Shown here: positions 9,839-20,008 of the stretch, in pieces
Numbering within the stretch: the stretch's first letter is position 1
How the letters are laid out: the number at the start of each line of letters is the position of its first letter
Assembly: GCA_963716205.1 (NCBI GenBank)
Contig: OY970290.1
Span: 520,322-584,321, forward strand
Direction: 5' to 3'
Origin: an uncultured bacterium
GTDB taxonomy: Bacteria; Patescibacteriota; Minisyncoccia; Phycocordibacterales; GWA1-40-21
Length of the DNA stretch: 64,000 nt
Translations under genes and position numbers: made by a program
Notes under the pieces: generated by a model
Told to the model about the DNA's origin: nothing
What the model saw: the letters and a program-made list of their open reading frames with translations, nothing else
Databases searched by the model: none

Positions 9839-10870
9839 ACAGTTTGAAACTTTTAGCTCATAAAGAGCATCGAAAGGCGCATTTAGCGTATATTTTTCAA
9901 CGTTTTTCCCCTTTACCGTAAAGTTCAAGAATACTTTTCTGATAAAATAATCCAGTTCAGCCATATTTTTGATAGAAGCCAATGTTTTAGCCATATTCTC
10001 CATAATTTCAAGAAATTCAGAATATGTCTTGATATTTATTTTATTCTTTCCAATAAATTTTTCTGCCTCGGCTATAGCTACCTCACTTTCCTTTATTTTT
10101 TCGTCATACCGTTTTAGATCATCCTTGTAATAGGCTTTGACACTCTCCGGCTCATCATGCAAAAGCAAATCCTTAGTTCTCAGCAATTTTTCATTGGATT
10201 GAATTTTAGTTGCTTGAAGAGAAAGAAGTTTTTGTCTTGCCTCATTCACGCGGTTTTTGGATACAATTTTCATCTCCTCGACATAATGATCATAACTTTC
10301 TTTGGAAGAAAAAGGTTTGCTAGCCAAAAATTTATAAATATAGGATGTGATCACATTGGCACGCAAAGATTTTCCACGCCTTGGACAATCATCATTATCG
10401 CAACGATAGTAAAAATATCTGACAATACCATCTTTTGTTTTCTTTGATGTCGCTCCTGCCGTCATTGATTCGCCACATTCACTACAAAAAATAATACCGT
10501 TCATAAGATGGGCTTTTACACCTTCGGCTTTGCGATAAGCCTTTGCCAATCTAATATACTGTGCATCCGAAGACAACTTATTTATCTGCATAAATTCCGG
10601 AACACTGATCATTGGCACAAATCCATACAACTCTATGAGATTCGTGATCTCATTTTTTCCATACTTGAGTATACCCGTATAAACAGGATCTCTGAGCATC
10701 TTATCAATTTTTTGTTTTGTCGCTTTGAAAGGTTTTGGTTTTTCACCGACATTATTGGTGTGAGTATATCCGCTTGCATTTATATAATCCGCGATTTCAT
10801 CGAGTGTTTTGCCTAACAGCCGTGTTTGGTTTCTCAGTAACAACAGGCTTCGGCAAACGCTCAACAACAT
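9821..10870 (-). pseudogene. Large serine recombinase remnant lacking the N-terminal catalytic domain; its 3' end overlaps tRNA-Leu(TAG)
   Basis: Recombinase-domain block (LGKTLDEIADYINASGY...VYTGIL), Zn-ribbon (CSECGESM...YYRCDNDDCPRRGK) and C-terminal coiled coil. No resolvase catalytic Ser region, and nothing resembling one upstream to 11129. Confidence 0.55.
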
Positions 10871-11073
10871 CCGTCAAATTATCCTTTTTTGTAAAACCCC
10901 TTAACATACCCATATGATATAACGTTATAATTTTATTTGCAAAACCTGATCTTTACGCTCCTGACCCATAAATTCCTTCATTTCAGCGTTCCATTTTTGG
11001 AAAATCTCAAGATTATTCGTTATAATATCAAAAAGTTCAAGTGTGGTCTCACTATCACCACATCATAAAAAAT

Positions 11074-11106
11074 AAAGAGCGGCGCGCTTCGCGCGCCGCT
11101 CTTTTT
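11074..11106. terminator. GC-rich hairpin terminator downstream of nrdJ (copy 1 of a three-copy hairpin family)
   Basis: AAAGAGCGGCGCGC-TTCG-GCGCGCCGCTCTTTTT in an AT-rich context, 24 nt after the nrdJ stop. Confidence 0.7.
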
Positions 11107-11129
11107 GCATTATTTTTCAAACTTTCTCA

Positions 11130-13400
11130 TCAAGCTATTTCGCACATTCCCCCGACACATGCCGCCTCTTTTGCTCCGATTGTCTCATCGCTCTTTTCAT
11201 ACAGAGGAAGCTTGGAAAAATCAACATGTCCAATCTCCTTCTTGCGGCGCTCATATTCCTCTTTGGTAATTTCTTCATATGGAGCGAGCTGGTAGACATG
11301 ATTGCTTCTTGGTAAGAAAGAAAGTCCGCCAATGATATCCCAATTTTTATAAACGAAATCGGCCACGGAGATCCATTCATCCTCGCCGACATAGATAGTC
11401 GAGGATGGATTGTGTTCGGTAAAATTAATTTTCAGTCTTTTCCATTCTGTCAAAAGCTCGAGGGCGGTAACATCTTTGTTGACCATCGCTTCGTCCGGTG
11501 CTTTGCAAGGAAATTCCAAAACCATCGTAGCCGCATTTGACGTGGAATATCCCACTTCGGGTTTGACCGGCACGCCTTGATCAGCAATAAGTTTCAAAAG
11601 CGGATCGTTTGCTGAAATACGGACGCGGCGAATATAATAATGCGAATACCAAGTATGCATTCCCGAACCCACACCCAAAAGCTGACCCGAATTTCCATGT
11701 GGCTTCACACAGGTAATTGCCGTTGATTCATTCGTACCGAATCTTTTTGCGTATTTTTTATTTGTTTTGACAGCTTCATTTCTCAATAATTGCAAATTTT
11801 TATCATTTCGGACAATTTTATTGTCATAATAGCCGGTAATGGAAACTCCGAGCAGCTGTTCTTTTTCGCAATTTTCTTTCCATTCCTTTGAAAGATACTC
11901 GAATTTGGTTAATGTTGCCTGATAGGTGCCGAGAATAGTCGCAAGACGCATTTTATTTTTCAATGTTTCCATCGTATCATGCGGCCTGACCACGATTGAG
12001 GTCAAATTGCAGAATTGTTTTGACTGTAAATAAATTTCTCCGCAGGGATTCATTCCCACTTGTTTTGCATTTTTCAGATTTTTCCATCGGCGGGCAGGAA
12101 CTTGGGATTGAAGACCTCCCCGATTGAAAATGCCCCGCTCGCCAGAATGCGAAGTAACAAGAGCTGTCCATTCTTCGAGAAATTCCTCCGCGGATGGTCT
12201 GTTTTCATAGACTGCGGAATCATTCGCCATCGAACGTTGCCCGTCTGTCTGCCAAAAAGCTCCTTTTTTTGCATCACGCATTTCAGAATCATCAAAATCG
12301 GAAAGAGAAATAAGCGCACTTCGCCTGACACCACCGGCAACTACGATCAAACCTATCTGGCAGATGATATCATGAAGATCGAGTGTCGAAAGACGTCGGC
12401 CTTGGCGAGCAAGAATTTTTCGGCGGGTAAATTGCATAAGTTCGCGAAGCGGATCCGGACCGGATGCACGGCCTCCCATAACAGATAATTTTGCACCGGC
12501 TGGACGGACTTTTGAATAATCAATATCCACATCCATTCCCTTTTCCCACGCCTCGCATGCTGAAACAAAAGCATTGCACCATCCTTCCTTGCTATCTTCA
12601 ACGATAATTTTTTGAGCTTTTGCACCGATCTGTTTTTGAATCTGGGGAAATTTTCCGACATTCTCGGATTCAACGGAAAAACCGCATCCTCCTCCGCACA
12701 TGGAAACGTACATAATTTCTGAAAGATCTCGCCATGTTGTCGGAGCGATATAAGCGCAGTTATACGCAGTCACATTTGATCTTCTTGCTGCTTTGCCCGA
12801 TGACCAGAGAAGTCTCATTGACGGACAAACTTCCTGATGAATGATCGCCTCTCGAATTTCAAGATATTCTTTTGGGGTCAATTTCGATTTCATATTCTCT
12901 TTCATGAAATCCATAAAACGGTCGATGGCTTCAACCCATGTTTCGCGGCGTCCGAGTTCTTCACGCCATCTCGAATAAAATTGATAGAAAATAAATTCCT
13001 GATATGACGATATGAAATATTTGCCGTCTTCGGTAATTTTTTTCCTGACATCTGCCGGAACGGATTCATTTCGCTCGCGAATTCTTGTTCTTTCCTGCCG
13101 ATACAGAATATATTCCTTCGCCGTTTTTACATATTCGGAAAGAATCAATTCTTTTTCGACAATATCCTGAATTCCCTCAACATCTGGCACAAAATCCTTG
13201 AATTTCTTGGTGATTCTGACAAGTTCGGCAAGAACTTTGTTGGCAACAAGCGCAGCTTCCTCGGGAGATCCCTCTCCAACAACGGTCATGGCTTTGCTGA
13301 TAGCGTTTGCAATTTTCGATTCATCGAATGCGACAATTTGTCCGTCTCTCTTTTTGATATGCTTGATAAAACTTGTCTTGCCGCTTCCTATTTTCACCAT
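11130..13400 (-). CDS. nrdJ: Adenosylcobalamin-dependent (class II) ribonucleotide reductase with N-terminal ATP-cone
   Basis: 756 aa. ATP-cone (KRDGQIVAFDESKIANAI), catalytic NPCGEI motif, RNR barrel blocks, C-terminal Cys pair. Confidence 0.85.
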   Translation of the reverse strand: MVKIGSGKTSFIKHIKKRDGQIVAFDESKIANAISKAMTVVGEGSPEEAALVANKVLAELVRITKKFKDFVPDVEGIQDIVEKELILSEYVKTAKEYILYRQERTRIRERNESVPADVRKKITEDGKYFISSYQEFIFYQFYSRWREELGRRETWVEAIDRFMDFMKENMKSKLTPKEYLEIREAIIHQEVCPSMRLLWSSGKAARRSNVTAYNCAYIAPTTWRDLSEIMYVSMCGGGCGFSVESENVGKFPQIQKQIGAKAQKIIVEDSKEGWCNAFVSACEAWEKGMDVDIDYSKVRPAGAKLSVMGGRASGPDPLRELMQFTRRKILARQGRRLSTLDLHDIICQIGLIVVAGGVRRSALISLSDFDDSEMRDAKKGAFWQTDGQRSMANDSAVYENRPSAEEFLEEWTALVTSHSGERGIFNRGGLQSQVPARRWKNLKNAKQVGMNPCGEIYLQSKQFCNLTSIVVRPHDTMETLKNKMRLATILGTYQATLTKFEYLSKEWKENCEKEQLLGVSITGYYDNKIVRNDKNLQLLRNEAVKTNKKYAKRFGTNESTAITCVKPHGNSGQLLGVGSGMHTWYSHYYIRRVRISANDPLLKLIADQGVPVKPEVGYSTSNAATMVLEFPCKAPDEAMVNKDVTALELLTEWKRLKINFTEHNPSSTIYVGEDEWISVADFVYKNWDIIGGLSFLPRSNHVYQLAPYEEITKEEYERRKKEIGHVDFSKLPLYEKSDETIGAKEAACVGGMCEIA

Positions 13401-13591
13401 GTTTGTAAAAAATTATTTCGATTAATAAAAGTTATACTCATATTACACTAAATATCCTGAAAAAAAATAGAAAATGAAGTTTTTTTCAAAAAATAAACTA
13501 AAAAAACTGTCCTGTAAAGCACCTTGCCGAGAGGCGCTTATAAATAAAGAGATTTTTGGTCGTCAAAAATAATTTTCGAGTGCCAGCTTTT

Positions 13592-14125
13592 TTATTTTTC
13601 GGAAAAACTGATTTTGTTACCCACTTCCAGATTATTTTTATCGGAAAATCCGGCCGGCAGCTCCAAAACATACTGTGCGAGATATTGTCCGCCGAATGTT
13701 TGCGATTGTTGCGGATTTTGCGCATTAAATGTGCTCGGATTTACATTTTTTGCAATGCCGACAATCTGAAAATCCGCGCTGATCCACACCATATCGAGCG
13801 AAAAATTCATATCCTGCATCCAAAACGGATAATATCCGGGAACATCAAAAATAAAAATCATTCCGGTACCGTCAGCAAGTGTAGCTCTTCCGGAAAGTCC
13901 GAGCACCCGCTTGCATTCCGTGTCGGAAATATCGACGTTTATTGTTTTACTATTTATGGCGACCAAACCCTGCTGATAACTTCCGCAGCTTCCAGGAATT
14001 TCCGCGGAGCTTGTCGCAATATTTGTGTTGGAAGAATTATTTGGATGCCAGGTAAAAGAAATAATCGCAAAAATAATCAGGAGAAATAACAAAAGAATAT
14101 AGGTGTGCTTGTTTTTATATTCCAT
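13592..14125 (-). CDS. DUF192 family secreted/membrane-anchored protein
   Basis: N-terminal TM. DUF192 core GMIFIFDVPGYYPFWMQDMNFSLDMVWISADFQIVG. Confidence 0.6.
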   Translation of the reverse strand: MEYKNKHTYILLLFLLIIFAIISFTWHPNNSSNTNIATSSAEIPGSCGSYQQGLVAINSKTINVDISDTECKRVLGLSGRATLADGTGMIFIFDVPGYYPFWMQDMNFSLDMVWISADFQIVGIAKNVNPSTFNAQNPQQSQTFGGQYLAQYVLELPAGFSDKNNLEVGNKISFSEK

Positions 14126-14136
14126 ACAAATAAAAT

Positions 14137-15018
14137 TTAGAGAAATTTGAAACTCTGCGCCATGCTTTCCAAAATAGTTTGCACTTTTGATTCATCAAAC
14201 GCTGTCACTGCACCGACAGGATAATTTTCAATATTTCCGGAGTGAATCGTATACTCAATTGCGTAGCATTCGCCGCCTCGCACCACTCGATAACTTGTCG
14301 TATCATATAAATTCCCCGCGCCGGCGTCAGAAAAAGTAATTTTGGTAAATTGAATGCCATTGATCGTTGCCAGTGAAACTTTTTCCATGTTCGGAAATTC
14401 GGGAACGAGGCATTGTGAGACGGCATCCGGATCGCCTGATACGCCTATCGTGAACTTCGCATCACCGAAATTCGTCTGCGGCATAAATGTTTTCGGAATA
14501 TAAATTTCGGCAAGTTGAAGTCCCGAGCTCGTCGACTCCTCTGCCCAATCTTGCGAGTATCCCGCCTCGCCGAAAAGAGAAAATTGATTCGGGAATGAAA
14601 AGGAAAATAGTTTTGATGTATCGGTAAAGCTTGTCGTATTCACATCGATTGATTTTTCAATTCCGGAAATGCAATTTGAATAGGTCGTTGCATCGCCTTC
14701 GGTGATAAACGCATTGTCTCCTTCGTTCCAGAAAACCAGCGTGTCGGATGCATAGCGTGCGCCCGATGCGGAGATCGTTTGCGGCAAAGTCATTTGTCGC
14801 CCATCGGAAAGAGAAAGTGCAACGCTGCTTGACGAATAAACGGCGACAATCGCACCCTCCTGACAATAATACGTCGAGACATTCGATGCAATTCCTGCGG
14901 GCGATTGAGGAATTCTACTGCCAATAATGCTTCCGACACCAATGGCGGCAATAACGATAACGACACAAATACCTATGTAAATAATGATCTTTTTGATCAT
15001 GGCAATATTATAGCACAA
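14137..15018 (-). CDS. Hypothetical membrane-anchored extracytoplasmic protein
   Basis: N-terminal TM helix, then a 260-aa Ser/Thr/Gly-rich soluble domain. No recognisable catalytic motif. Confidence 0.45.
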   Translation of the reverse strand: MCYNIAMIKKIIIYIGICVVIVIAAIGVGSIIGSRIPQSPAGIASNVSTYYCQEGAIVAVYSSSSVALSLSDGRQMTLPQTISASGARYASDTLVFWNEGDNAFITEGDATTYSNCISGIEKSIDVNTTSFTDTSKLFSFSFPNQFSLFGEAGYSQDWAEESTSSGLQLAEIYIPKTFMPQTNFGDAKFTIGVSGDPDAVSQCLVPEFPNMEKVSLATINGIQFTKITFSDAGAGNLYDTTSYRVVRGGECYAIEYTIHSGNIENYPVGAVTAFDESKVQTILESMAQSFKFL

Positions 15019-15032
15019 ATTTTTTGTCTCTG

Positions 15033-15120
15033 CGGAGGGTGCGAGATTCGAACTCGCGAGACCCTTTCGAGCCTACAGACTTTCCAGGTCTGCGCACTAG
15101 ACCAACTATGCGAACCCTCC
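15033..15120 (-). tRNA. tRNA-Ser(GGA)
   Basis: Minus strand: acceptor GGAGGGT/ACCCTCC, anticodon stem CAGAC/GTCTG with loop CTGGAAA, long variable arm, T-arm GCGAG-TTCGAAT-CTCGC. Confidence 0.85.
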
Positions 15121-15137
15121 GTGAAAAGGATAATACG

Positions 15138-15818
15138 CTAAATCGAACGATAAATCAAAATGCTCAGAAGTGCAAAAAGGATCGCGAGATATAAAGTATA
15201 TTTCGCGATGATTAAAAAAACACCGGCGCCGGAGAGCATAAAAAGAAAAATAAATCCGACTCCGCAGCATTCGAGAATCATTTTTATTTTTCCAACGGTT
15301 TTTGCCGGCACGATTTTCCCTTTGAATCGATAATATGCTGATGCAATAAGCAGAAGCTCGATGCCGATGATACTGAATGCGAGAAGCGGGCTTAAAAATT
15401 TGAATATCAGAATGCCGCCGACACTTCCGATCAAAAGTTTGTCGGCAAACGGATCAAAAACAATTCCCCAATCGGTGATCTGATTTCTCGTCCGGGCGAG
15501 TGCGCCGTCGACTGCATCCGAAAGTGCTGCAATGAAAAATAAAATGAAAGCTGTCATATAATCATTGTTCAGTAAAAGAATAATAATGAACGGAATCGAA
15601 ACGAATCTGAAAATCGTCACCATGTTCGGCCGCACATATTGTGGAATCGCCCACAAAAGCACCGCATTTAAAAATGTGTCCACCGGAGTAACCTTGGCGA
15701 TATATTTCGGCCTCGGCTTGTCAAAAACCCTGAACAGCAATGCCTTCAGCTCGATTTTATTTTCAATATTTGAAGAAATTCTCTTTGCAAACTTTTCTTT
15801 TTTAAAATTTTCTTCCAT
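15138..15818 (-). CDS. CDP-alcohol phosphatidyltransferase family protein (PgsA/PssA-like)
   Basis: Signature D-G-x2-A-R...G-x3-D-x3-D present: DAVDGALARTRNQITDWGIVFDPFADK. Polytopic membrane protein. Confidence 0.8.
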   Translation of the reverse strand: MEENFKKEKFAKRISSNIENKIELKALLFRVFDKPRPKYIAKVTPVDTFLNAVLLWAIPQYVRPNMVTIFRFVSIPFIIILLLNNDYMTAFILFFIAALSDAVDGALARTRNQITDWGIVFDPFADKLLIGSVGGILIFKFLSPLLAFSIIGIELLLIASAYYRFKGKIVPAKTVGKIKMILECCGVGFIFLFMLSGAGVFLIIAKYTLYLAILFALLSILIYRSI

Positions 15819-15829
15819 TGAAGATTTGA

Positions 15830-16726
15830 TTACTGGATATTCATTCCCACGAGCGCTTTGATTCTATCGGCAATCGGCGGATGCGTGCTGAACAAAGCCG
15901 CGGTCTTTTTGCCAAGTCCGCTGAACGGATCAGAAATGAAAAGATGGGCTGTCGCGGTATTCGGATTTTTCATGGGAATGCTGGCAGCGGAAATTTTCTG
16001 CAGTGCCGAAGCTAAACCTTCCGGATACCTTGTTAAAAGTGCGCCGGAGGCATCGGCGAGATATTCCCTCTTGCGCGAAATCGCAAGCTGTATCAATGTC
16101 GCAACGATCGGCGAAAGAATGATGAAAATAACTCCGACAATCATAATGATCGCCCCGCCTTCACCTTTTTCACGGTTTTGTCCGCTGCCGAACATGCTTC
16201 CACGGATGAAAATATTTGCGAGCAGTGAAATGAATCCGACAAGCACCACGACAACGGTTGAAAGTAAAATATCCCTGTTGCCGATATGCGACATTTCATG
16301 GGCGATGACACCTTCAAGCTCGACTTTATTCATCATACTGAGCAATCCTGTTGTTACACAGACAACGGCATGCTCTTTATTTCTTCCGGTGGCAAAGGCA
16401 TTCGGCGAAGGATCTTGCACTATATACACCTTTGGCATCGGCAATCCGGCAGTGATGGAAAGATTTTCGATAATATTATAGAGATCATGATATTGAGTCC
16501 TGTCTGCCTCTTTTGCACCGGAAACAGAAAGGACGATGTTAGCAGAATACCAATAGCTCGCGATGTTCATGAGAACACTAAAAATAATGGCGATATACAA
16601 AATATCCGGACTGTCGAAATAATAGCTCGCAAAATATCCGATGCCGACAATCACAGCCAAAAACACGGCCATCAAAAGCCATGTGCGATGAATATTTTTC
16701 GATTGTTGCGTGTAGAGCGTGGACAT
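15830..16726 (-). CDS. htpX: Zinc metalloprotease HtpX (M48)
   Basis: HEMSHIGNRD (HExxH), two N-terminal TM helices, M48 organisation. Confidence 0.85.
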   Translation of the reverse strand: MSTLYTQQSKNIHRTWLLMAVFLAVIVGIGYFASYYFDSPDILYIAIIFSVLMNIASYWYSANIVLSVSGAKEADRTQYHDLYNIIENLSITAGLPMPKVYIVQDPSPNAFATGRNKEHAVVCVTTGLLSMMNKVELEGVIAHEMSHIGNRDILLSTVVVVLVGFISLLANIFIRGSMFGSGQNREKGEGGAIIMIVGVIFIILSPIVATLIQLAISRKREYLADASGALLTRYPEGLASALQKISAASIPMKNPNTATAHLFISDPFSGLGKKTAALFSTHPPIADRIKALVGMNIQ

Positions 16727-16727
16727 A

Positions 16728-17210
16728 TTATTTTTTCACAAGAATTTTATCAACCATTTCTATTTCTTCCCAAATGCCGGAGATCAAATCATAATCTTTT
16801 GCCTCTTCCAAAGTAACCCATTTGTAATCCATGCTGTCGGCATCAAGCTTCACAACGCCAGATTTATATTCCGCATAATAACTCAAAACCACCACTGGAA
16901 TTCCTTTTTTGTTTATAAAAATCAAATCGAGCAAATATTCCGGCTTCTCAATTTCAAGATTTACTTCTTCGCGGACTTCCCTTTTTAAGGTTTCATCAAG
17001 AATATGATACCATTGATTTTCTTTGGTTGTCGGTTTGGAATTCATGTAATCATCCGCACTCAACTTTCCTCCCGGCACATGCCAGCGATGAGTAAAATTT
17101 TCCTCTGTCGAAGATCTCTGAGTAATGAGATATTCAAAATCGTTTCCTCTTTTTTTATAAACAATAGCGGTTAACGCAATCTTATGCAGTTCTTTGTCTT
17201 GAATCTCCAT
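16728..17210 (-). CDS. NUDIX hydrolase
   Basis: Nudix box GGKLSADDY...LKREVREEVNLEI. Confidence 0.75.
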   Translation of the reverse strand: MEIQDKELHKIALTAIVYKKRGNDFEYLITQRSSTEENFTHRWHVPGGKLSADDYMNSKPTTKENQWYHILDETLKREVREEVNLEIEKPEYLLDLIFINKKGIPVVVLSYYAEYKSGVVKLDADSMDYKWVTLEEAKDYDLISGIWEEIEMVDKILVKK

Positions 17211-17219
17211 TTTTAAAAA

Positions 17220-17777
17220 CTAGAATTTTACTTCGACAGGATTCTTTGCCGCAGCATCGGATTCATCAAGCGTAAAGAGTTCCATTTTCACGAAATGAAA
17301 TGTTCCGGCAATGAAGTTGCTCGGGAATGCATCAATGGCAATATTGAGATCCATGACATTGCCGTTATAAAATCTTCGCGCTGACTGGATTTTATTTTCC
17401 GTGTCCGAAAGCTCGCTCTGCAGGGAAAGAAAGTTTTGGTTTGCCTTCAAATCCGGATATGCTTCAGCGATTGCAAAAATGGATTTGAGTGCGCTGGAAA
17501 GGACATTTTCTGTCTTGCCTTTATCCACGATATTTTGCGCGCCCATCGCCGCTGCCCGCGCCTTGGTCACATTTTCAAACGCTTCAGACTCGTGCGCTGC
17601 GTACCCTTTCACGGTATTGACCAAATTTGGAATCAAATCGTATCTTCGTTTCAGTTGAACATCGATATCGGACCATGCTTCTTTTGCGTGGTTGATGAGT
17701 GTGATGAATTTGTTGTAAGCAAAAATCGCCCAGAGAACGATAACTGCCAAAATAATCAATAATACGGTTCCTGTCAT
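17220..17777 (-). CDS. LemA family membrane protein
   Basis: N-terminal TM and LemA core WSDIDVQLKRRYDLIPNLV. Confidence 0.8.
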   Translation of the reverse strand: MTGTVLLIILAVIVLWAIFAYNKFITLINHAKEAWSDIDVQLKRRYDLIPNLVNTVKGYAAHESEAFENVTKARAAAMGAQNIVDKGKTENVLSSALKSIFAIAEAYPDLKANQNFLSLQSELSDTENKIQSARRFYNGNVMDLNIAIDAFPSNFIAGTFHFVKMELFTLDESDAAAKNPVEVKF

Positions 17778-17909
17778 AGTTTTGTTTTTATTTCAATAAT
17801 TAAATAATTAAAAGCAATAAAATTGCTCGGTGCCTATCATATCATAAAAATAGAAATAGACCAGCAAAATGGGTTGATTTTTTCCTGCTTTTTGCTATAC
17901 TCTTCTCTC

Positions 17910-18146
17910 ATGACAACTTTTATCGCATTCCTGCCGTATATACAGATCATCCTCGCCGTGCTTTTGGTGGCGGCGATTTTGATGCAAAAATCCGATACCG
18001 GCGTCAGCGGAACGTTCGGCGGAGCGGACAACTGGAACAACGGCTATCATACGAGACGCGGTTTTGAAAAATTCATTTTTAACGCCACCATTATTCTCGC
18101 CGTGCTTTTTGCCGCGGCATCACTTGCAGCTTTGCTTTTGAAATAG
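17910..18146 (+). CDS. secG: Preprotein translocase subunit SecG
   Basis: 78 aa from the internal ATG at 17910. Two TM helices flanking a Gly-rich loop (LMQKSDTGVSGTFGGADNWN), typical of SecG. Confidence 0.65.
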   Translation: MTTFIAFLPYIQIILAVLLVAAILMQKSDTGVSGTFGGADNWNNGYHTRRGFEKFIFNATIILAVLFAAASLAALLLK

Positions 18147-18191
18147 TAAAATAGCATCACTGATTCTGTGCGCATACTCTAAACACCTTTC

Positions 18192-19946
18192 GTGAAAGAC
18201 AAGATTAAAGATATTCTCAATAAAAAATGGAGAGTGAAATTTTTTGAAAAGCTCTCGCATGCCGTAAAAAATTTCAGCGTCGCTGAAAAGGTTATTTTTT
18301 ATGGGCTTTCGACGATTCTCATTTGTTCAGGACTTGTCATACTTGAAAAAGTAAATATGTCTTTGTCAGTCAATGTGCCGGCAAACGGAGGATCCTTGAC
18401 CGAAGGCATCATTGGCAGCCCGCGATTCGTCAATCCGGTGCTTGCGGTATCGGATGTTGATCAAGACCTCACCGAACTGGTGTATTCCGGTCTGATGAAA
18501 GCGACTTCCAATGATACTTTTGTGCCGAATCTCGCCGAAAGCTATCAAGTATCAACAAGCGGGCTTGAATATATCTTCACCTTAAAAGACAATGCGTATT
18601 TTTCAGACGGAGTGAAAGTCACAGCGGATGATGTCGTCTATACGATAAATGAAATTCAGGATAGTGCGATCAAAAGCCCGGAGCAGCCGGAATTTTACGA
18701 TGTGAAAGTTGAAAAAATAAGCGATAATCAAGTGGAGTTCACACTCAAGCAGCCGTATGCGGCATTTTTAGGAAATCTGACCGTCGGCATATTGCCGAAA
18801 CATATCTGGGGCAACTTGAGCGATACCGAATTCCCTCTTTCTCAATACAATATCGAGCCTGTCGGTTCCGGTCCATATAAAATAAGCAATATGAAAACCT
18901 TGCAGACAGACATGCTGATTATTCCAACTTCTTACGAGCTGACACCTTCCGCCAGTTACGTTTTGGGAAAACCGTTCATTGATCAGCTTTTCATCAATTT
19001 TTATCCTGATGAAAAAACATTGATTGACGCATACAATGGCGGCGCAATAGAATCAATGAATTCGATAGACCCGGCGGATGTTGCAAGCATCAGGAAGCAG
19101 AATAATTCCACCATTCTTACATCGCCCTTGCCGAGAGTTTTTGCGGTCTTTTTCAATCAAAACCAATCTGAAGTTCTCGCGGATAGCGCAGTCAGACAGG
19201 CGCTCAATGAATCGGTGGACAGAAACCAAATTGTTCAGCAAGTGCTTTTCGGATACGGAGAGCCGATTGACGGCCCGATACCGGCGGGATTTTTGGGAAA
19301 TGAAACTTCATCGACAACCATAACGTATAATATTGCACAGGCATCAAGCACTTTGGCAAAAGATGGCTGGACAAAAGATCCGACAACCGGAATACTGGAA
19401 AAGAAAGTGGGGGAAAATACGGAGCAGCTCGCATTTTCAATATCAACACTCAACAGTCCGGATCTCGTCAAAACCGCGGAAATTATTCAGGATGACTGGC
19501 AGCAATTGGGAGTGAAAGTCGACATCGAGCAGTATGATCTCGGTGATTTGGAGCAAAATATCATCCGTCCGAGAAAATTTGATGCGCTTTTATACGGACT
19601 TGTCACCGGACGCGATATGGATTACTTCGCATTCTGGGATTCGTCGCAAAGAAATGATCCTGGCTTGAATATTTCCATGTATGCCAATAGCGATGTCGAC
19701 AAACTTCTGGAAGATGCGAGGGGTACGACAAATCTTGCTGAGCAAAATAAAGATTTCACAGCTTTTGAAAGCGATATTGAACAGGATGTGCCGGCAGTCT
19801 TTCTGTATTCTCCGGAATTCATTTATGTCGTGCCGAATAAAATACAAGGATTGTCGCTCGGCGATATAACGCTGCCGTATGAAAGATTTTTGGACATCAA
19901 CACGTGGTATATCGATACAAACAACATTTGGAAAATATTTCAATAA
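18192..19946 (+). CDS. ABC transporter substrate-binding protein, family 5 (peptide/nickel type), membrane-anchored
   Basis: 584 aa, N-terminal TM anchor, SBP_bac_5-like blocks (GSPRFVNPVLA..., LVYSGLMK). No cognate permease or ATPase genes adjacent in the window. Confidence 0.7.
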   Translation: MKDKIKDILNKKWRVKFFEKLSHAVKNFSVAEKVIFYGLSTILICSGLVILEKVNMSLSVNVPANGGSLTEGIIGSPRFVNPVLAVSDVDQDLTELVYSGLMKATSNDTFVPNLAESYQVSTSGLEYIFTLKDNAYFSDGVKVTADDVVYTINEIQDSAIKSPEQPEFYDVKVEKISDNQVEFTLKQPYAAFLGNLTVGILPKHIWGNLSDTEFPLSQYNIEPVGSGPYKISNMKTLQTDMLIIPTSYELTPSASYVLGKPFIDQLFINFYPDEKTLIDAYNGGAIESMNSIDPADVASIRKQNNSTILTSPLPRVFAVFFNQNQSEVLADSAVRQALNESVDRNQIVQQVLFGYGEPIDGPIPAGFLGNETSSTTITYNIAQASSTLAKDGWTKDPTTGILEKKVGENTEQLAFSISTLNSPDLVKTAEIIQDDWQQLGVKVDIEQYDLGDLEQNIIRPRKFDALLYGLVTGRDMDYFAFWDSSQRNDPGLNISMYANSDVDKLLEDARGTTNLAEQNKDFTAFESDIEQDVPAVFLYSPEFIYVVPNKIQGLSLGDITLPYERFLDINTWYIDTNNIWKIFQ

Positions 19947-20008
19947 AAAAATAAAATTATTATTAACAATTAACGCATCCGAATTTTCCGGGTGCACAAT
20001 ACTATATT

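Noticed and set aside
13401-13591. NrdR box or B12 riboswitch upstream of nrdJ
   Set aside because: No 16-bp NrdR-type palindrome (acaCwAtATaTwGtgt) and no cobalamin-riboswitch core could be recognised by eye. The region is simply AT-rich promoter-like sequence.
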